In this document: positions 18,911-35,225 of the stretch, in pieces
How positions within the stretch are numbered: the stretch's first letter is position 1
Layout: each line of letters opens with the position of its first letter
Assembly: GCA_052279835.1 (NCBI GenBank)
Contig: CP181291.1
Location: 1-64,000, forward strand
Direction: 5' to 3'
Source of the DNA: Microcoleus sp.
GTDB lineage: Bacteria > Cyanobacteriota > Cyanobacteriia > Cyanobacteriales > Microcoleaceae
Length of the DNA stretch: 64,000 bases
Position numbers and translations under genes: made by a program
Notes under the pieces: model-generated
Told to the model about the DNA's origin: nothing
Databases searched by the model: none
Seen by the model: the letters and a program-made list of their open reading frames with translations, nothing else

Positions 18911-21900
18911 TTACAAATTCGCATTCTTTCTCCCCGCCTTCTGCACCGGAATCGCAACCGTCTGCGGCTTCTTCTTCCCTGCAAACATCCCGAAGAAATC
19001 GTGCAGCAAAATATAAAAACACGGAATAATAAACAGCGTCAGCAAAGTAGCCAGCGACAAACCCGAAAACACCACAACCCCCAAAGGTTGCAGAAACTCC
19101 GAACCTTCTCCAATGCCTAAAGCGAGGGGAAACAAACCCAAAACTGTGGTAATAGTTGTCATCAAAATCGGACGCAAACGTTGAGGTGCAGCCCTGAGAA
19201 TTGCTGTTGTGCGATCGACTCCTTCCTCTTCCCGAATTTGGTTCGCCAACTCCAGCATAATAATCGCATTGTTCACCACAATTCCCACCAGCAAAACTAC
19301 GCCCACAACCACCGTCGCCCCGATCGCAGTTTTCGTCGCATACAGCCCCAAAATCCCCCCAGCCAAAGCCAGTGGCACCGTCAACATAATCACCAGCGGA
19401 TCGACAAGAGAATTGTACTGCACCGCCATCACCACAAATACTAAAAACGTCGCCAAAGAACCCAAAAGAATCAGAGAACTTTGCAATTCCCGGTTAGTTT
19501 CCGCCGCTGCACTCGGTATCACTCGCACTCCAGGCGGCAATTTGATGTCAGCCAAAACTGCATTCACTTGTTGCAAAGCATCGCCCAAACTCGCGCCCCG
19601 ATTGATATTCCCAGCAATCAAAAAAACTTGGCGCTGATTGAGCCTTTGAACTTCTCCCGGTGCTTTTCCGAGTTCAATATTTGCCACATCTCCCAAGCGA
19701 ACGAGAGTATTATTCCTTGAAGCTAAAGGGATAAATTTTAATTCGGAAATAGACTTGACAGAAGCGCGATCGAACTGTACTCGCACATCCACCAAACGGT
19801 TTCCCCGCTGCAATTGCGTAGCAACATTCCCTTGAATTGCTGTCTGAATTGTCTCTCCAATTTGCTTCGCATTCAAACCGTAAATTTCAGCTTGTTCCCA
19901 GTTGGGACGAATCTGCACTTCCTGTTGCTGTGGATCTGCATCCGGGCGAAAACGCGCTAATTTTACCTTCTTATCCAAAGTTGCCAAAATGTCGCGGCCT
20001 GCTTGCAGCAATAATTGCTCGTTTTCGCCCTGAAGCAGGACATCAATTTCCGCACCGCGCACGGGAGAATTGGTTAAAACTAAACCACGGACATTTTCTG
20101 GATTTAGCCGCAAGCGAGTATTTTTCGGCAAATCAATTTTATTCAATTCTTGAGTAACTCTCTCTACATAGGCTAGGGTATTGCTGCCCGGTTTGAGACT
20201 AATGTTGCAACCACCGCGGAGCAAATTCTCAACAGTAGTATTGCCGAATAAAAGCCCGCCCACCGTTGTTAAAGTGTATTCTGTTTCCGGCTGACTGAGG
20301 ATTATTTTTTCAGCTTCTGCCATCACTTTTTGATTGGTTTCCAAATTAGTGCCTGCGGGAAATAAAGCAAACAATCTAGCTTGACCTGTATTAATTCTGG
20401 GCAATATTTCCTGGGGAATTTGACCAACCAACTGCAAGCTACCGCCCCCCAATAACACAATAGCTATGGCAATGATAATTAAGCGCCACCGCAATATTCC
20501 AGATAAAAATTTACCGTAACCGATGGTAGCATTGTTAAACCCTTGATTGAAAGCCCGCAGCAGCCAAAAGTTGCTCAAACCGCTGGATACCCGCAGCCCT
20601 AACAGTCGAGAAGCCATCATCGGTACAACTGTTAATCCGACAATCAAAGAAGCGGCGACGGAAAAACTAATGGTGAGAATTAATTCGTTGAAAAGTAAGG
20701 AAACTAAGCCACCTATTAGCAAAAATGGCAGTACAGCAACTAAGTTAGTGATGGTGGAAGCAAATAAAGCTGATTCTAATTCTTGACTGCTGTTTTCGGC
20801 TTGCTGCATCAACTGTTTGTCAGTCAATCGCTTGCCATTTACATTGTTTTTATTGCTGGTTCCTTCAACAATATTCTCCAACATTACGATGGAATTATCC
20901 ACCACAATTCCCACGCCCAAAGCCAAACCGCCTAAACTGAAGACGTTGAGAGATAGGTGAAAAACTCCCATCAAGATAATCGCCATTAAAGTGGCGAGGG
21001 GAATTGCCAAGACAATAATCAAAGTCTGGCGCAGGGAAGCCAGGAACAGCAAAACTGATGCCCCCGCTAACACTGCCCCGGTTAAACCGGAAAATACGAC
21101 GTTGGAAATAGAATCCCGGATAAATTTAGACTCATCGAAGGTATTAACTATAGTCGTGCCTTCGGGAATAAGCCCGGATACTTTTAATTCTTCTAGCCGT
21201 TTTTTAATATCATCTACCACTGCGATAGTATTTGCATCTGGCTGTTTTTGAATACTGACTTTTACCGCAGATTTTTGATTGAGAAATACTTTAACTCGTT
21301 CTTCTTCTGTACCGTCAATTACTTTCGCAAAATCCCGCAAAAAAACACGTTTTTGCGGATTGGAACCTGATGTTTGAAAGGAAATTTGTTGAATTTCTTT
21401 GGCACTCCGAAATCGCCCGACTGTGCGGGTTAAAGGTTCTGCTGATTCTTGTCGAAGTCGTCCACCGGAAGTATCGAGGTTGCGGGATTCCAGGGCTGCT
21501 AAAACGTCGGAAATACTGACTCCTAATGATTGCAAGCGATTTAAGTCAATATTTACTTGAATTTCTTCTTGCACTCCGCCGGCAACGTCCACTGCTGCTA
21601 CTCCTGGAATGACGTTTAATTCGCGGGCTAATTCTTCGTCGGCAAATACGCGCAAATCTACACCTTGCAGGGAGTTAGAAGTCAGCGCAAATTCGTAAAC
21701 TGGCTGTTGGGAAGGGTCAAATTTGAACAGATTGGGGGATTCAACTGTATCGGGAAGTCGGTTGCGGATGCGGTTGACGGCGGCTGTGGCGTCGTTGAGG
21801 GCTTGGTTGATGTCGCCACCTGGTTTGAAGAATAAATCGACGCTGACTTGTCCTTCGCGGGTGCGGGAAAACACTTGGGTGACGCCTTCGGTGGCTGAAA

Positions 21901-22132
21901 GTCCTTGTTCGAGGGGGCGGGTAATTTCGTCAACGGCGACTTCTGGAGAAACTCCGGGGGCGTCTAGGCGCACGCCGATCCGGGGATAGGTGATGGAGGG
22001 TAGCAAATCTACTGGCAGTTGGGTGATGTAAAAAATCCCCACGACTATAATTGCTAGTGTCAGCATCAGGGTGCCGATGTGGCGGCGAATCGCGATCGCG
22101 CTAATGCTAAATCCGGTTTTATCGGCTGTCAT
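18911..22132 (-). CDS. RND efflux transporter permease (AcrB family)
   Basis: GIVVDNSIVMLENI, GIVVNNAI and RLRPILMTT; 1073 aa. Confidence 0.93.
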   Translation of the reverse strand: MTADKTGFSISAIAIRRHIGTLMLTLAIIVVGIFYITQLPVDLLPSITYPRIGVRLDAPGVSPEVAVDEITRPLEQGLSATEGVTQVFSRTREGQVSVDLFFKPGGDINQALNDATAAVNRIRNRLPDTVESPNLFKFDPSQQPVYEFALTSNSLQGVDLRVFADEELARELNVIPGVAAVDVAGGVQEEIQVNIDLNRLQSLGVSISDVLAALESRNLDTSGGRLRQESAEPLTRTVGRFRSAKEIQQISFQTSGSNPQKRVFLRDFAKVIDGTEEERVKVFLNQKSAVKVSIQKQPDANTIAVVDDIKKRLEELKVSGLIPEGTTIVNTFDESKFIRDSISNVVFSGLTGAVLAGASVLLFLASLRQTLIIVLAIPLATLMAIILMGVFHLSLNVFSLGGLALGVGIVVDNSIVMLENIVEGTSNKNNVNGKRLTDKQLMQQAENSSQELESALFASTITNLVAVLPFLLIGGLVSLLFNELILTISFSVAASLIVGLTVVPMMASRLLGLRVSSGLSNFWLLRAFNQGFNNATIGYGKFLSGILRWRLIIIAIAIVLLGGGSLQLVGQIPQEILPRINTGQARLFALFPAGTNLETNQKVMAEAEKIILSQPETEYTLTTVGGLLFGNTTVENLLRGGCNISLKPGSNTLAYVERVTQELNKIDLPKNTRLRLNPENVRGLVLTNSPVRGAEIDVLLQGENEQLLLQAGRDILATLDKKVKLARFRPDADPQQQEVQIRPNWEQAEIYGLNAKQIGETIQTAIQGNVATQLQRGNRLVDVRVQFDRASVKSISELKFIPLASRNNTLVRLGDVANIELGKAPGEVQRLNQRQVFLIAGNINRGASLGDALQQVNAVLADIKLPPGVRVIPSAAAETNRELQSSLILLGSLATFLVFVVMAVQYNSLVDPLVIMLTVPLALAGGILGLYATKTAIGATVVVGVVLLVGIVVNNAIIMLELANQIREEEGVDRTTAILRAAPQRLRPILMTTITTVLGLFPLALGIGEGSEFLQPLGVVVFSGLSLATLLTLFIIPCFYILLHDFFGMFAGKKKPQTVAIPVQKAGRKNANL

Positions 22133-22419
22133 GTGATTTGATATTTTAGATTTTGCATTGGGGATGAGACATCTCCCATAAGTATTGTGGAACAGGTCAT
22201 CCGGGGGGATTAAGACCAGTTTTTTGGCAGATGTCTAATCAAAAGTTTACCCAGTCAGTCACAGAATATTTACTGACCCACATTACGAGTAGTATAATAA
22301 ATTTTAATAAATTCTCAAAAACATTTTTTTGAATAGGCCTTAAGAGGTAGCCGATCGCCCAAAATGGAGAACGATATCCGTGGCGATCAGCTTTTTTATC
22401 CTCTGTCAACAATTTGGAT

Positions 22420-23601
22420 TTACAAATTGTAGCGATCGCACAAATCTTTCGCTGCTTGTCGATGTTTTTCTACCAAACTCGGTGGGAAAAGCACTTGTAC
22501 GTTTTCCATGTGTTTGTTAACCCACAGACTAAATTCGTTCAAAGAGCGATCGGGCAAATCTATCTGATAATCCACATATAGCAGATTGCCAAAACTATCC
22601 CTTGGGCCTTCCTTAATCTTTTTTTGTCGCGGATGTCGCCGATCGCCCTCTAGAATAAATCCCACTACATTCTCAAAAAACCGCACCTTCACTTTTTGCA
22701 ACTTCAGCGTACCCTGCAATTCTGCCTGCTGTTGCTCTGGATTGCCCAAGAACAGCCCCCAGCCATTTTTTAACAACTTGTGAGCTATTTTCAAACTTTG
22801 TTCCTGTGCGGCTAAACCACGCCCCTCTGGATCGATAATTTCGCAGTAGTCAGTAAAGCGATTCACTCGTTCTACTTTCAAATGTCCGTTTTCGCAATTT
22901 TCGCAAATCAGGTACCAGGCGATATCGTGATAAATCAGTTGCAGAGGCCAGATTCGCCGGAAACCGACATTGCCTTTACCGTAATAATCGCGATCGCGGT
23001 AAACTTCGATCGCCTGGCCTTTAACTATGGCTGTTTCTACCATGTCTAGTTTGTGAAATAGGGTATGGCGATATTCTTGGCGATCGAGCATTTCGACAGG
23101 ATCGGTGTAAATAATCGCCCGATTCAGGTGTTCGCGAACCGGATAAAACAATTGGCCTTTGAGTTCGATATCCAATCCGCGCAATAGTTTAGTAAGTTTT
23201 TCATAAATTCTGCGGGCTTGGGGATTTCCTTGATATTTGGCTTGAGATGCTATTGCTTGAAATGCGAATATTAGTTCTTCGCGAGTCATTGCGCCGGTGC
23301 CGAGATAGTAACCGAATCGATACATTCGTTTCTCCAGGATTCCGTAGTGTCGCAAAGTTTCTAAGTCTTTGCGAATTGTGGGAGTTGCGGGATAGTTTTC
23401 GGGAAATTCGATGTTGAATTCCGCGGCAATTTTCTGTAATTGAGATTGGACTTCTAGTAAAGCATCGTGATATTTGCCGTCGGATGTTTCGGTGTCGGAG
23501 TGTCCGATTCCGGGATGGTTTACTAATGTGGCAATTAGGAGCATGATGCGATCGAAGGTGAGTTTGTCGGCGTAGGGGTGAGGGGTTGGTTTTTTTGCCA
23601 T
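22420..23601 (-). CDS. WYL-domain transcriptional regulator, CRISPR-associated
   Basis: N-terminal HTH (TIRKDLETLR) and PLQLIYHDIAWYLIC...ERVNRF. Divergent from cas10. Confidence 0.88.
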   Translation of the reverse strand: MAKKPTPHPYADKLTFDRIMLLIATLVNHPGIGHSDTETSDGKYHDALLEVQSQLQKIAAEFNIEFPENYPATPTIRKDLETLRHYGILEKRMYRFGYYLGTGAMTREELIFAFQAIASQAKYQGNPQARRIYEKLTKLLRGLDIELKGQLFYPVREHLNRAIIYTDPVEMLDRQEYRHTLFHKLDMVETAIVKGQAIEVYRDRDYYGKGNVGFRRIWPLQLIYHDIAWYLICENCENGHLKVERVNRFTDYCEIIDPEGRGLAAQEQSLKIAHKLLKNGWGLFLGNPEQQQAELQGTLKLQKVKVRFFENVVGFILEGDRRHPRQKKIKEGPRDSFGNLLYVDYQIDLPDRSLNEFSLWVNKHMENVQVLFPPSLVEKHRQAAKDLCDRYNL

Positions 23602-23676
23602 GATGGGTGTATATCAGTAAGTGGCTGAAATTTCAAGTAAAAGACAATATTGACATAAAAATATAGAATTGTCTGG

Positions 23677-23697
23677 AAGCCATTATTTGCATGGCTT
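23677..23697. promoter_or_regulatory. Inverted repeat in the WYL/cas10 intergenic region (candidate operator)
   Basis: AAGCCAT-N7-ATGGCTT. Confidence 0.4.
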
Positions 23698-23792
23698 TGT
23701 GGCTGAGAACAGGTTTGATGAATATTGCGAAATTTGAGACATGAAGCTGGCTCGGCTGGTATATTGAGCTTAATCGTTAGCGAATAACAGCA

Positions 23793-31349
<7,557 letters not shown>

Positions 31350-31446
31350 AAATGCGATCGCACCTTTTTTCTCTTGTCTGTTCGGGTAAGCATCCGGCTT
31401 GCCCATTTCTCCCTAAAACTTCCCACAAATCATCCAGGTAACAACA

Positions 31447-32730
31447 ATGGCCAGCAGCATCGTCCTCTCCTTCGTCGGCAGCCAAGACCCCTACTCCGAA
31501 AAGAACAACGAACAAGGTTCCATAGCCACCCTAATCGGCCACCTTCTCAACCAAAAATACAGCATTCGTCGCGTCATTCTCCTTTACACTGAAGATATGC
31601 TTGAAAAAGCTAGCGATACCAAACATTGGCTGCAAGACAAACCTTTTGAACTTTCAGAAGAAAGCATCGAATTAGTCCCCGTCGGTGCAGAACTTTCTAA
31701 AGATCCAGTCAGTCTATTATTAGCAGTTCAAGAAGCTCGAAAAGGTCTAGAAAAAGCAATTCCCTTCTTGAGCAAACAAGACAGATTGGAATTTAATGCT
31801 TCTTCTGGAACCCCTGTGATGAAAACTTCCTGGAGTCTTTTACAAGCTGCTGGATATGCTCCCCACAGTTCGGTTTGGCAGGTGCGAAATCCTAGAGAAA
31901 TGAAAGAGGGACAGCATCGCGTTTTTCAAACTAATGTCGATACTTTGAAAAATGAATTTGATTTCAAGGTTGTCAAGAAACAAATTGAAGATTATAATTA
32001 CAGTGGCGCTTTAGTAACTCTCAAAGATAGCAATCTCTCCACCAACCTCATTATTGCTTTACTTCAGTACGGTCAGTACCGTCTTGGTTTTGACTTTGAC
32101 CGCGCTTTCAAAGCCATCAAGCCTTTTGCGAGTCTTGTCGAACCGGAATTCATCTCAGAAATCAGCAGTCTCCGGCAAAAAAATAGGATAGCCCTGTTCA
32201 AAGAAGTTTATTTCAAAGCTGTAATCAAACTAAAAAATCAGCAATATGCAGATTTTTTGGTGGATGTGTTCAGATTTCAAGAGGGGTTTCTTCGCTTTTT
32301 GGTAGAAACTAAGCTGGGCTTTAATTTGCCGGAAAGAACTACAGAAATTCAACATTTTTGGTATCGACTCAAAGCTTTTGATGATGGAAACCTCCAACAT
32401 TTTTTGAACAACTATACGCTCAAGAATGGTCAAGCACTTAGGTTTTTAGAAGGATTTCCCAGCCGGTTCGTGTTGATTGCAATTTTGGAATGCTATGAAC
32501 CTGAGTTTGATAGCTTATTGAACCCCCTGGAAGAATTAAACGAATATTGCGAACAGCGCAATCGCTGCGTCCACAGTTTTGAAGGGGTTTCGGAACTAGA
32601 AGATGCAGGGAAAATTCTTAAGATTTTGCGGGATATTTTGCGGCAAAAAACATCAGAATCAGACAAGAATCCCTTTAATGTTATTAACAGTAAAATCTGT
32701 AATTTATTAACAGAGGTTTTGCAGAGTTAA
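31447..32730 (+). CDS. CARF-HEPN ancillary RNase (Csm6-like)
   Basis: SFVGSQDP and FNASSGTPVM CARF motifs; C-terminal HEPN R-x4-H motif (RNRCVH). Confidence 0.82.
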   Translation: MASSIVLSFVGSQDPYSEKNNEQGSIATLIGHLLNQKYSIRRVILLYTEDMLEKASDTKHWLQDKPFELSEESIELVPVGAELSKDPVSLLLAVQEARKGLEKAIPFLSKQDRLEFNASSGTPVMKTSWSLLQAAGYAPHSSVWQVRNPREMKEGQHRVFQTNVDTLKNEFDFKVVKKQIEDYNYSGALVTLKDSNLSTNLIIALLQYGQYRLGFDFDRAFKAIKPFASLVEPEFISEISSLRQKNRIALFKEVYFKAVIKLKNQQYADFLVDVFRFQEGFLRFLVETKLGFNLPERTTEIQHFWYRLKAFDDGNLQHFLNNYTLKNGQALRFLEGFPSRFVLIAILECYEPEFDSLLNPLEELNEYCEQRNRCVHSFEGVSELEDAGKILKILRDILRQKTSESDKNPFNVINSKICNLLTEVLQS

Positions 32731-32814
32731 TGCCAGATAAGTGGGAGTTAGTTCATTACGAACTGCAAAAATAAAAGCGATCGCCCGCCAAGAAATCTAC
32801 CACTCTTTCACCGA

Positions 32815-32950
32815 TCCGGCGGGGGTTAAAAACCCCCGTCTCATAGCGAAAGTCGGTTGAAACCGACTGCATAATTCTATCTATAAACTCCCCAGTCCTC
32901 TTTAAGAGGACTTGAGCTTTGAGCCAGGGGTTTTTAACCCCTGGCGGACT
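32815..32950 (-). repeat. Multi-hairpin REP/MITE-like element, copy C (inverted)
   Basis: Matches the reverse complement of copies A and B (GGCGGGGGTT..AACCCCCG, TCATAGCGAAAGTCGGTT..AACCGACT, AGTCCTCT..AGAGGACT). Confidence 0.8.
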
Positions 32951-33065
32951 TTGAACCTAGGTTTTAAACCCCAGGCCGCCTCATAAACTTAACTAAAATT
33001 TTCACCTTCACCCTGCATCTACAACCAAACTTTACCATCCATATTCAACCCAAAATAACACAACT

Positions 33066-33350
33066 ATGTACATCACATCCCGCGCATCCACAATCCGTAA
33101 CTTCTCCCTAGCCGCCGTCAACGGCACCATCACTCTCATCATCCTCTTAATCGCACCCCTGGGATTAGCCGCCGTAATTTCTAACACATTCCTAGTCACA
33201 GTAGCCACTTTTTTTGCATCCACCATCGCCGACCAAATTGTTCGCTACCTCCAACCTTCTCGCGCCCAAGAAATCCCGAATTCCTTAGATTCTAGCCCGG
33301 AATCTTCGCAAATCCTCCCACGCGATTCCCAAAGTTTAGAACGGAAATAA
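33066..33350 (+). CDS. csx18: CRISPR-associated membrane protein Csx18
   Basis: MYITSRA...VNGTITLIILLIAPLGLAAVI.NTFLV; two TM segments; lies upstream of cas1. Confidence 0.78.
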   Translation: MYITSRASTIRNFSLAAVNGTITLIILLIAPLGLAAVISNTFLVTVATFFASTIADQIVRYLQPSRAQEIPNSLDSSPESSQILPRDSQSLERK

Positions 33351-33375
33351 ATTGATCTATCTTGACCAAAATGCT

Positions 33376-33462
33376 GTAGGGGCGGGCGATTCCCTGAGCG
33401 TAGTCGAAGGGTTCACCAACAATATTTGAAACTCACCAACCATCTACATAAACCCGCCCCCA
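33376..33462. repeat. REP-like element with a nested CCCTGAGCGTAGTCGAAGGG palindrome
   Basis: GTAGGGGCGGG...CCCGCCCCCAC arms; the right arm recurs at about 37621-37635. Confidence 0.55.
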
Positions 33463-33515
33463 CACAACCAATAATCTGCATCAACATTGACTTATCGGGA
33501 TTTGCGTCAAAACTA

Positions 33516-33750
33516 AAGAAACCGGGTTTTTATGGGGTTTTGGGTCGTGTAATGAATATTGTCGCAAAAACCTGGTTTCTGGGCTACCCGAAAATCTAAG
33601 AAACCGGGTTTTTATGGGGTTTTGGGTGGTGTAATGAATATTGTCGCAAAAACCCGGTTTCTGGCTACCCGAAAATCTAAGAAACCGGGTTTTTATGGGT
33701 TTTTAGGTGCTGTGACGAAGTATTTCGGAAAAAACCCGGTTTCTGACTAC
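33516..33750 (+). repeat. Three tandem ~81-bp palindromic units (AAGAAACCGGGTTTTT...AAAAACCCGGTTTCT)
   Basis: Units start at 33516, 33598 and 33679. Related single copies near 45759-45825, 50972-51040 and 58205-58237. Confidence 0.88.
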
Positions 33751-33763
33751 CGAATAATTGCTT

Positions 33764-34753
33764 ATGCGTACCGTCTACGTTTCTCAACCTGGTTGTTACG
33801 TTTCCTTGCACCAAGAAATGTTGGTTATCAAAAAAGGGGAATCTGTGCTGGGTGAAATACAGCTTCCTCTCCTCGAACAACTGCTGATTTTTGGTAAGTC
33901 TCAAGTCACAACTCAAGCAATTAGGACTTGTCTGTGGCGGAATATTCCCATTGCCTATCTTTCGCGGATGGGTTACTGTTACGGGCGGATTCTTCCCATC
34001 GAACGCGGCTACCGACAACTCTCTCGCTATCAGCAACAGTTGTGTTTTGCTGAACGTTTGCAGGTGGCTAGACGGATTGTGCAGGCTAAGCTGAAAAATA
34101 GTCGCGTGATCCTCATGCGACAGCAGCGCCGACAAGCTTCTGATGTGATTGTTTTTGCCATTAACTGTTTGGAACATTTAATCAAAAAAGCTGGGGAAGC
34201 TGAAACTATTGAGAAGTTGATGGGGATGGAAGGTGCGGGGGCGGCTCAGTATTTTTCTGCTTTTGAAGAGTGTTTGAGCAATCCTGATTTTGTGTTTGTG
34301 GGTAGATCGCGCCGCCCTCCGGGTAATCCGGTTAATGCTATGCTGAGTTTTGGCTATCAGGTTCTCTGGAATCATTTGTTGAGTTTGATTGAGTTGCAAG
34401 GACTCGATCCGTATTCGGCTTGTTTGCATCAGGGAACTGAACGCCATGCGGCTTTGGCTTCGGATTTGATTGAGGAATTTCGGGCTCCAATTATTGATTC
34501 GTTAGTTACTTATTTAGTCAATCGCCGATTTGTGGATGCTGGCAATGATTTTGTCTATAGTAACGGCGGATGTTTCTTAAATGATTCTGGGAGGCGCAAA
34601 TACCTGAAAGCTTTTTTAGAGCGAATGGAGGAGGAAATTGAAACGGATTCTGGTAAACAACCTAAGTGGGATTTGCTGAACCAACAAATCAAAGCTTACA
34701 AACAGTTCGTTTACAACCCAACCGAGCTTTATAAACCTTACCAAATTCGCTAA
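33764..34753 (+). CDS. cas1: Cas1
   Basis: LMGMEGAGAAQYF, RRPPGNPVNAMLSFGY and ALASDLIEEFR. No RT fusion. Confidence 0.96.
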   Translation: MRTVYVSQPGCYVSLHQEMLVIKKGESVLGEIQLPLLEQLLIFGKSQVTTQAIRTCLWRNIPIAYLSRMGYCYGRILPIERGYRQLSRYQQQLCFAERLQVARRIVQAKLKNSRVILMRQQRRQASDVIVFAINCLEHLIKKAGEAETIEKLMGMEGAGAAQYFSAFEECLSNPDFVFVGRSRRPPGNPVNAMLSFGYQVLWNHLLSLIELQGLDPYSACLHQGTERHAALASDLIEEFRAPIIDSLVTYLVNRRFVDAGNDFVYSNGGCFLNDSGRRKYLKAFLERMEEEIETDSGKQPKWDLLNQQIKAYKQFVYNPTELYKPYQIR

Positions 34754-34756
34754 GCC

Positions 34757-35038
34757 GTGCTTTTTTATGTGGTGATTTACGATATTCCTGACAACAAACG
34801 GCGCTGTAAAGTGCATGATTTGTTGGAAGGTTACGGGACTTGGGTGCAGTATAGTGCTTTTGAGTGTGTACTCAGTCGAGCTAAGTTTGATGAATTAAGA
34901 TCGCGACTTGGGAAAAAGGTAAATCTGGAAGAGGATAGCATCCGGTTTTATCCGGTGTCGCGCCATACTTTGGGACAGGTGGAGGTTTTGGGAGTGGGAG
35001 CACCGGTGACAAAAGCACCTGGATCAGTGATTATTTAG
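34757..35038 (+). CDS. cas2: Cas2
   Basis: YVVIYDIPDNKRR, VQYSAFEC and DSIRFY. Confidence 0.96.
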   Translation: MLFYVVIYDIPDNKRRCKVHDLLEGYGTWVQYSAFECVLSRAKFDELRSRLGKKVNLEEDSIRFYPVSRHTLGQVEVLGVGAPVTKAPGSVII

Positions 35039-35225
35039 CTGGTGTTGCGAGGCTGGCGGTAAATTGGCTGAAACGTCATTTTTGTGTCGGGAGCCTCGCA
35101 GCATTACTGGGTAAGGGTTTCAGGATTTTTATTTAGCGGGCACAGGTGTGATTTCTAGAAAAAATTCCTGAGCCTCGCAAATGGCCTCTAGACATCTTGC
35201 GCTGTATGAGGTTTAATGTAGAGGA
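35039..35225 (+). promoter_or_regulatory. CRISPR leader
   Basis: Between cas2 and repeat 1. AGCCTCGCA occurs at 35092 and 35171, and inverted at 35046-35054. Confidence 0.75.

Noticed and set aside
33516..33855. Second CRISPR array, or the 98-aa ORF at 33559
   Set aside because: The inter-palindrome parts are near-identical rather than unique spacers, and the ORF is a translation of the repeats.
33764..34753. RT-Cas1 or Cas4-Cas1 fusion
   Set aside because: The protein is about 329 aa, Cas1 only, with no YADD or Cas4 motifs.
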